A stretch of 64,000 nt of DNA from contig OX597822.1 in assembly GCA_951406725.2 (NCBI GenBank), positions 60,760,001 to 60,824,000 on the forward strand, given 5' to 3'. Of this stretch, positions 48,666 through 59,200 are shown in pieces. The first letter of the stretch is position 1; each line of letters starts with the position of its first letter. The notes below the pieces were generated by a model. That model was not told where the DNA came from. It ran no database searches and worked only from the letters and a program-made list of their open reading frames with translations. The position numbers and the translations under genes were made by a program. The stretch is from Octopus vulgaris (lineage: Eukaryota).

Positions 48666-50797
48666 AGATTTTCTGAGTTGAGTATTCCATCACCTTGTTC
48701 ACTTAATTACTTTTCAAACTGTGACTGAGTAGAACCAAATGCACTACTAAGCATTTTTGTTATTGCTTTTGTAGTTTTTTAGGTATTTAATGTTGGAACA
48801 TACCCACACCCAAGGATATTCTATTTTTAGTGCAGTAGTCTATCTTTTACATATTGTTTCTATTCTGAACTTGTGACATTCATATTTCTTCAGAGAATCA
48901 ATTACACCTGTTAATGCGTAATTTTGACTATCAACTATTTGAGAAATTTTGTCATTCAGAAGAAACTATTCTTTCTCACTTGTTTCCCTTGTTTCATATT
49001 GTCTTTTATTCTGTGATTTTTATCATCTTTTTTCCTTTCATACTTCCTTCTGTAATAATTTCTTCCTCATCACATAATGAAAGTGTAGTACTACAGATTA
49101 ATACTGTTAAGCAATGAGCTACTCACTCATCTGTGTAATACTGGACTTAAAGATATTTCCACTGCCATCTCCAGAAATTTAGCTGATGCTGCTCTGGAAA
49201 GTGGTGTTTGTGGTTCTTTTTGCTGTTGCTCTTCATTACTTTTTCTCTCCTTGTTTTTGCCTAATCTTCTTAATTTTTCAAGGCATTCAGCTCTGAGGTG
49301 TGTTTTACTACAACAAATATATAAACTAGGTTTTCCACTTGGTATCATCAAAGTCATACCCTTTGTCCTGGCACCTTTAATTGGTTGCAGTTTTGGTATT
49401 GCTCTGTGGCCTTTGGATGTCATTTGGACTCTCAAGTCCTTTTTAACATCTTCTGACAACAGTTCACTTTTCATTAAGCCTACTTTGACTACCCTCTCAT
49501 ACTGCAACACAAATGTCATTACCAGCCAAGGGTCTACATTGTGTCCAATGTCCCTTATAGTGACTATATTTCTTTGTCCCTTTTCTATAGCAGAAATGTT
49601 TAGTCAGAAGTATGTCTGGGTATTTCAGTCTGTGTTTTGGCTGTGTTCCCAGTTTTAAAAATACAGGAAATAGTGCCTTGTTCATTTTAGACAATTTGTC
49701 CCAATCTGTCTCAGAGCATTTGTTGCACTACTTGGCATGAGGAGAAATTTAATTTGCTTCTGCCTTTCTGTTGGGCAGAGATATATTATTATTTTTTCTT
49801 TACTCTCTCCTGGATTTACTCATGTTACAAAATTCTCCCATTTATATTTTATTTCTTATAATTTTGATAGGCCTTAAGACCAAATATTTTGTCTGTTCAT
49901 TTAGTGTTGAGGGAAGGTTTCTTACGTAGCTGCTTTATGAACAGGCCATAGTACTTGATTTGTGTAAGAGTTGATGTAGCATTAAAAAAAAAATACAGTA
50001 ATATTTTCTGTTTCTTAAATAAACACAGTTTTTAAAACATTTTTTTATATTCTAAAATAGTTATTTTTATGTTGCATAATATTAATCACTTTACCAATAC
50101 CAGGTGCAACTTGATTTAGTTTTAGACTACATTGGAGAACCTGAATCCATGACAGACCTAGGTAAGTAGTACCTATTATTTATGCTTACACCGTAGTTAT
50201 ATGTATTGGCTGATTCTTAAAATTGGTTCATTTGCACAAATCATAAACCTTTATACTGCTTTGTAGTTAACAAGCAAATCAATAGAACTCATGCATATTT
50301 TTTCTTTATTCAGTGACTCTAGCAGAAATCTCAGAACTCTCATCACACAACACAGATTTATGTTCTTTTGTAAATTCTGTTGACTTTGATTTTGTCAATA
50401 CAAACTTTGTTAATTTCCTCAGATTCTAGTTCGTTTTTATTTAATTTTTTATTAGTTTTTCTTTCAATTAAATGATAAAAAGAGTTTTATCAATAAAATG
50501 ATAAAATTGTGAACAAGTCTCTATATGATGGCAATCACAAATAAAAGAGTCTCGGTATAATTGCTGGAACCAATGAGGAACTTTCTATATGGTCTTTACT
50601 CTTTTACTTATTTCTGTCATTTGACTGCAGCCATGCTGGAGCACCGCCTTTAGTTGAGCAAATCGACCCCAGGACGTATTCTTTGTAAGCCTAGTACTTA
50701 TTCTATCGGTCTCTTTTGCTGAACTGCTAAGTTACAGGGACACAAACACACCAACATCGGTTGTCAAGTAATGTTGGGGGAACAAACATAAACACAT

Positions 50798-50828
<31 letters not shown>

Positions 50829-52455
50829 CATATATACAACGGGCTTCTTTCAGTTTCCATCTACCAAATCCACTCACAAGGCTTTGGTTGGCCTGAGGCT
50901 ATAGTAGAAGACACTTGCCCAAGGTGCCATGCAGTGGAACTGAACCCAGAACCATGTGGTTAGTAAGCATGCTACTCTATATGTTGTATTTGTAAAATAT
51001 ATCAGAGTTGTAAGAATGGTCAATGTGATGGTTCCTTCATTATAGCTTCATCAAAAGATGAAAGCCAGCACACATGACTAATTGTATGGCCTCTAAGAAA
51101 GAAGAGGAAGAAACCATGATTCATGGGTTGCTCTAGTAGCAAGAATCACAATACACTGAGATCTCTTCTAAATGTTTACAACAGTACGAACACTGCTAAA
51201 CTCATATCTATAGCAGAGTGAACTCTGCTAAAATATCCAGGGGCTAGATGGGGATATTAAACTGGGTGATGGACTAGATACTGAATAAATCCTGTTTGAA
51301 AACTTCTCCACAGTTTCTTTCTCAAAAACTGGAACATCCTGATGCTATGGTAGAAGACACTTGACTAAAGTGCTGTACCCTGAAATTAAACTTATAGCCA
51401 ACCAAATGATTGAGAAGTGAACTTCTTAAACACATTACCACAAATTTGTGTATAATAGGCATAGGAGTGGCTGTGTGGTAAGTAGCTTGCTTACCAACCA
51501 CATGGTTCCGGGTTCAGTCCTACTGCGTGGTACCTTGGGCAAGTGTCTTCTACTGTAGCCTCAGGCTGACCAAAGCCTTGTGAGTGGATTTGGTTGACAG
51601 AAACTGAAAGAAGCCTGTTGTATATATGTATGTGTGTATATATGTTTATGTGTCTGTGTTTGTCCCCCCAACATCACTTAACAACTGATGCTGGTGTGTT
51701 TACATCCTTGTAACTGAGCGGTTCAGCAAAAGAGACCGATAGAATAAGTACCAGGCTTACAAAGAATACATCCTGGAGTCAATTTGTTCAACTAAAGGCA
51801 GTGCTCCAGCATGGCCACAGTCAAATGACTGAAACAAGTAAAAGAGTAAAAGAAGATACACAAATTTGACTTATGGTATTTGCCTTAATGATTTTGTAAT
51901 TTATTATTATATTTACCTTTAAGGCGGCAAGCCAGCAGAATTGTTAGCAGTCCATGTGAAATGCTTAGCAGCATTTTCTCTGTCTTTACATTCTGAGTTC
52001 AAATTCTGCCAAAGTTAACTTTGTCTGTCATCCTTTTGGAGCCAGCAAAAAAAGTAGCAGTTGAGCACTAAGGTTGCTCCTCCAAAATTGCAGAACTTGT
52101 GCTGAAATTTGAAACTGAAGGGCAGTGCACTGGTAGAGTTGTTAGCTCACCAGGTAAAATGCATAGTGGCATTTCATCCATCTTCATTTTCTGAGTTCAA
52201 GTTCCACCTAGGTCAACTTCACCTTTCATCCTTTCAGGGTCAATAAAATAAGTATCACTGACTGGGCCTGATGAAGCCTTCCAGCTTCACAGACCCCAGT
52301 TGAACCGTCCAACCCATGCTAGCATGGAGAACGGACGCTAAATGATGATGATGATGATGATGATGATATTCCAGCGCAGGGGTTCCTAACCTGGGGTCTG
52401 CAGACCACTGTTCGTCTGTAAAGGTCGTATTGAGAGTCCATGAACTAAATTCAGA

Positions 52456-52504
<49 letters not shown>

Positions 52505-53297
52505 AAGCGCCGCCTTGACTGGCTTCCGTGCCGGTGGCACGTAAAATACACCAATCCGACCGTGGCCGTTGCCAGCCTTGCCTGGCACCTGTGCAGGTGG
52601 CACGTAAAAAGCACCCACTACACTCATGGAGTGGTTGGCGTTAGGAAGGGCATCCAGCTGTAGAAACATTGCCAGATAAGACTGGAGCCTGGTGCAGCCT
52701 TCTGGCTTCCCAGATCTCCGGTCGAACCGTCCAACCCATGCTAGCATGGAGAACAGACGTTAAACGATGATGATGATGATGATGATGATGGGGTCGAAGT
52801 AATCAACTGACTCCCTTCCCGAAATTGCTGGCCTTATGCCAAAATTTGAAATAAACATTATATTTACCATCAGCTAACTGTTGGTTAGGATATAAAGTTA
52901 GAACCCCTTCAATTTATTTTGTTAATATTACAATTACCGTCTACCTTTTTTACCTTGTATTTGTTTCAGTCCTTTGACAGGGGCACTGCCTTGAAGGGTT
53001 TTAGCCAAACAAATCGACCCCCAAGACTTATTTTTTTGAAGCCTAGTACTTATTCTATCGGTATCATTTTACTGAACTGTTAAGTTGCAAGGATGTAAAC
53101 AAACCAGCACCAGTTGTCAAGTAGCAAGGAGGACAAGCAAAGACACACACACACGCACACACATAGAAACTACGCCACAATGGACAGTTAGACTCTGGAC
53201 AGCTCCCTGATAGCCAGCTCCATGTCAAACCATCCAACCCATGGCAGCATGGAAAGAGGATGCTAAACAATGATGATGATGATGATGACGATGATAT

Positions 53298-53338
<41 letters not shown>

Positions 53339-53437
53339 CTATCAGTTTAATAAATAAATAAGTTAACATTTTAATGTCCAAAAGTTAATGAACCACCTAT
53401 TGTTCTCTTCCATTTTCTTATTTGCGATATATATGTT

Positions 53438-53474
<37 letters not shown>

Positions 53475-53505
53475 GTACATATACATATATGTATATATAT
53501 ATATA

Positions 53506-53582
<77 letters not shown>

Positions 53583-56148
53583 GTTTAAATATTTGTTGTG
53601 CAAGATTTTTTATGTAAAGTCGTGTGTTGAAACAGATATTGTTATATTTCGGAATGGTCATATTGCCAGTTTAGCCAATAAAAACACACGCACTATATAT
53701 TTGGTGTTATTTTGCTTCAGTGATATTTATTTTTTACATTAATCTTAATCTTATTTCGGCCAAAGTTCTTTCGTCACACTCCTGTGACCGCATCAGTGGT
53801 CCTTTGTTTTCTTCTCACTTACTTGTGTCTCTCCTTACTAACCGTCAGCCATTTTGTATTTCTATTGTATGTCTTCATTTGCGCATGCTTATATCTCTAT
53901 GTGCGTCTATGTTTATTTAGTGTGTGTGTGGGGGGGGATGCCTGTAATATTTGTATCTTCTGGTTATATACATTCTTGTAATTTGTATTTTGTTTTTGTT
54001 GTTGTTGCTTTTGTTCTAATTTTGTTCATGTGTTTACATCCACCCATTATTATCATTACATATGCTTGTATGTATGTATAACAACAATATTAGTAATAAT
54101 AATAATAAATCTAATCGAAAAAAAAAAAAAAAAAAAGAATATACATATACATATATATATATACATACATATACATATACATATATATATATATACATAT
54201 ATACACACATATATACACATATACATATACATATATATACACATATACATATATATAGATATTCATTTCTATTTCTTTAATTACCTGTGTATTTATTATG
54301 TTTGCAGGATCCACTATTGTCATATGTTGTGGTGTGCGCTATTGCTCCATTCTAGTTTTCTATTCAGGCTAGGTTTATTTTCTATTATATGTGTAGCTTC
54401 TGTAATTTGTCTAATTGTTGCATCTGTTCTATGTGTGGACAATATCTTAATCTCTATGTTATTGATTGATCCCCCGTGTTCTTGTTTGGCGTGTTGGTAC
54501 AGAATCGATGAGCTTTTACCTTCCTTGAGTTGTCTCCAATGTTCATTCACCCGCTCACCAATGCTTCTTGCAGTTTCCCCTACGTATGTTACTGTCTTGT
54601 TACTGCATCGTCCCTCTATACATCTTATACTATAGACCACATTTCTGGCTTTACAGTTCGTTTGTGGGCTAAATCTACATACAGTGCAATAGTTATCCGT
54701 ACAGAGAGTTCTACTAAAAGGATAGGTTCTACCAATTATAGATCTGATAGGGTTGCCTGGCTTTTCAACAACCTTAATTCTTAGTTTAAGTTTATCTAGG
54801 GTCCTTCTAAAGCGGTACGCTAGTTCACCTCCAGGGGTGGTGTCAACGAACATGACACTCTGGTATTTATGGCTATCATACCAAGAGTTGGCCTTCCTTA
54901 TTTTCTTTTTTGTCCTTTCTATAGTGTTCCATGACTTGTTCCTATAGAGTGGGCAAATCCCATTCCTATCATTACATAATATATTATCAAATTTCTTCAT
55001 GGCTCCTTTGTATACTCTGATCCTTTCTTTATGGCTGTAACCTGAGAACTGCATGCAGTGAATGAAATACTGTATGTGTCTCTTTAATTCTGTAGGCTCG
55101 CACATGCGTGACACATTTCTCATTATTCTGACGAGGTCTGCCATCAAAATATTGAATTTGGCATTGCCCGCAATGGCTGAGTTCCGGTGGATCAGGTATT
55201 TTGAGGCCATAGGTTTTGCATAGTATGAATGAAGGATTTGGGTTTGGGTTTGGGTTTTATTTTTCACAATTTCTAGCCAGAGTTCAGTGTCTAGTACTGG
55301 TAGTCTATGGTTGGGGTGTTTAGTGGGGTAGTCTATTGTGAACTTAATACTCTGGTGGATGGAGTTAGCTATTTGCTGGATGCTCTCCATAGTATTAGTT
55401 TCTATTACTATATCAACAGTACTCTCTTGTGGGGGTGCCTTTACTACTATATTGATATCATCAACATAGCGAGAGTACATGTTTACGAGTATGGATTTCT
55501 GCAGTAGGCATTCTTTAAGCCTTCTGTCCCACCATACCATGAAGAGGTTGGCCACATCACCAGCGATACTAACACCGATGGCTGCCCCCTCGTCCTGGGC
55601 ATATATTTTATTATTAAATTTTATTATTAAATTTTATTATTAAATTTAAATTTAAATGTGTGGCCTTTTTTTTTTCGATTAGATTTATTATTATTATTGC
55701 TAATATTGTTGTTATACATACATACAAGCATATGTAATGATAATAATGGGTGGATGTAAACACATGAACAAAATTAGAACAAAAGCAACAACAACAAAAA
55801 CAAAATACAAATTACAAGAATGTATATAACCAGAAGATACAAATATTACAGGCATCCCCCCCACACACACACTAAATAAACATAGACGCACATAGAGATA
55901 TAAGCATGCGCAAATGAAGACATACAATAGAAATACAAAATGGCTGACGGTTAGTAAGGAGAGACACAAGTAAGTGAGAAGAAAACAAAGGACCACTGAT
56001 GCGGTCACAGGAGTGTGACGAAAGAACTTTGGCCGAAATAAGATTAAGATTAATGTAAAAAATAAATATCACTGAAGCAAAATAACACCAAATATATAGT
56101 GCGTGTGTTTTTATTGGCTAAACTGGCAATATGACCATTCCGAAATAT

Positions 56149-56213
<65 letters not shown>

Positions 56214-59200
56214 GTCATCCATAAATAATGCAGACTTTTTAATTGCATGAATTATAAGTCAGAGGGGGACAGGATAAACTACCTGCATCAACTTTCTATA
56301 AAAGCAGGTAGTAATTTTACCATGTCCTTGTTCTTAGTGCAAGTTTTGAAGAGTGTAGGTCGATTTTAGTAGTTACTTTTTCAAAGCTATAATGGATGTG
56401 ACAAAGGAGCAGATTTGGCAAATTTTGCTTTATGAGTTCAATAAAGGCAACAGCACAACAGAAAGTGCGAGAAATATTAATGCAGTATATGAGGATCGGA
56501 AAATAAGTGTAAGCCAGTGTCAACAGCGATTCCAGAAATTCCAAGCCAGAAACTACAGACTAGAAGATGAGCCTCATCCTAGAAGATCTGTAGAGCTCAA
56601 CAAGGACATCTTGCACACCCAGGTGGCACAAAATCCCATTGTAACTGTTGAAAAAGCTTGGATTTGGTCATTCAACCATTCATCGATATCTGCATGCCAT
56701 TGGAAAAGTCAGCAAATTGGGTCAATGGGTTCCTCACAAACTTTCCTAGTCTAATTGCATACAGCGAGTGAATATGTGCTCTTCTCTGCTGTCATGTCTC
56801 ACATATGAACCTTTTTTGGACCAAATATTGACTAATGACAAGAAATGGGTTCTCTATAAAAATGTCAAGCACCGTAGAAGTTGGTAGGGAAAGAAGAAAT
56901 ACCGCCACTCCAGGCTAAAGAAGGTCTTCACCCATGTAAGATGTTGTTATCTGTTTGGTGGGATATGAAAGTTTTAGTCCACTTTGAACTTTTAAACCCA
57001 AACCAAATGATAACAGAGGAGATCTACTGTGAGTAGCTTCAGTGGCTTAAGACAACACTAGAAGAAAAATGACCATCTTTGGTTTCAAGATGAAAGGTGA
57101 TCTTTCATCAGGATAATGCTCAGCCACATACAGCGAGAATGACATTCCAAAGGCTAGAGTAATTTGAATGGGAAATGATGCCCCATCCACCATATTTGCC
57201 AGGCATTGCCCCATCTAATTATCATTCATTCTGCAGTCTTTGAAATCATTTGGATGAAAAAATATGAATTCTGTAGATGAGGTCAGAATAGTACTGGAGG
57301 AGCAGTTTTCATCACAGACAGGTGAATTTTGGAAGAGGGGCCTTGGAAGTCTACCAGATAGATGGAAGAGCATTGTAGAAAATGAAGGAGAGTATATTTT
57401 AGATTAAGAAAAAACTTTGTTTATCTTAATTTTGAAAAATAAATTAGTATAAAAAAATGCATTATTTATGGGATGACCCAAATATGTATGACAGACTTCT
57501 TTCAGTTTCTGCCTGCCAAGTTCACTCACAAAGCTTTGGTTAACATGAGGCTATAGTAGAAGACATTTGCCCAAATTACTACACATGCTCAGAAATTTCA
57601 CATTTCATTATTTCATGCTTATATAAGCCAGTAATAATAATATTATTATAACATCTACAATGTTAAGTTATATCTTCTGGCACATAATGAGGATGATAGG
57701 TTATAAGAAACAAAAAAAAATAAATAGTTTGAAAGCTAAAATGAGGTTAGGTTAAGGTTAAATATTTGTTTGTAAAGCATATCTTTGGAGAAAATAGGTG
57801 TGAAATAGATATAAAGCAGATGCTTCCCCCAAAAATTCATTTTGGAAAATACTTCAATAGAATACTGCTTTACACACAGCATATAACACTACTTTAGAAA
57901 TTTTCAGAAAATTTTTTGCAAATTTGTGTTCGATACTATAGAAAAACAAAATAAAATTTTTTTGTGATTTCAGCTGTTATTTTTAGCATATCACAGCCGC
58001 CTCATACTGTCCTTGTTTGTTTGATACTCTGGCATATTGATGTTTTATAATAGCTTTCTCCCCATAAATACATTTAATGGTTTATTGTTGGGATTTAGCC
58101 AAAAATTCAGACTGCCCATATATTAAACTGTGATTTTAAAGAAATGTTTGAAAAATTTAAAAAAATTTTTTTTTAATTAAGAAAAAAATCAAAATAAAAA
58201 TTTTTGCATAATTGTATGATTTCTCACGTGCAGAACACAAATTTGCAAAAGTTTTCCAAAAATTCAAAAAAATCAAAAAGTTATGAGGGGTTATATGCTT
58301 TGTGTAAAGCAGAATTCCACCACTGCTTCAATGGTGAAACTTGAACCATCTAAAGCTATAAATAATAGTGTATAAATATTGGGTTAAAAGGCCAAACGTT
58401 GTCTTTGACTTTTCCTATCCAAATGTTTTTTTTTGTTTTTTTGTTTAATCCAGTATTTACACACTATTATTTATAGATTTATCTGCTTTGATTTTCACTG
58501 CTCTAAAATGAATTATTTCATGTTATCTTGAAGTTTATAAATTCTAATAACATCAACAACTTCAATATGTATTTTTATTTTTATTTTTCAAAGTTGATCC
58601 TCGGATATCTGAAACTAAAGGTTCCCAAGTAACAGATGAATGCATTGACAAAGAAAATGAGCTGGTCAAGATTACTGAAAAAGGTTTGTTAGCAACGTCT
58701 TAAGTAGATTCAGAAGATAATTTTCCAGACTATTAACCTCATATTTACACTGTATATTTACAATAATCATATCTACACAGTATTTTGGTTAGTTTAATCT
58801 CCAGTCAAGTGTCTTGATAATCCTGAGATATGTTCAGTGTCCCAAACTAGTTTTGAAGTAGAAATTTTTATTTCTAAACTAAGGATAGTAATGTTCATAC
58901 CCACTAAGCCACTGCTAACATAGCATATATAAACATAATGTAACTACACACTCTAAAAGGTTAACATCAAGGTGTAAATTTTCAGAGTGTGTATAGATTG
59001 TTGCATATGATATATGTAACAGATTCTTGCACAGTTTCCCTACCAGTCTTCAACGTGCTGCTCTTAAAAAGACAGTAATGTTGTGGAAAGTTCTTTGTGA
59101 ACTGAATCTGCCATCTGGATTTGCTTCCAATTTGAAATTGTTTTTTATTTTTTTTTATATTTTGGTAGTAATGGTTTTGGAAAAGGCATAAGTACCATAC

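Noticed and set aside
54320-55555. 411-aa ORF as a domesticated gene or an N-terminal-endonuclease (Naiad/Chlamys, selenoprotein-type) element
   Set aside because: It is truncated within RT with no true ATG start, has TE-type ends, carries the GIY-YIG at the C-terminus and has no in-frame TGA
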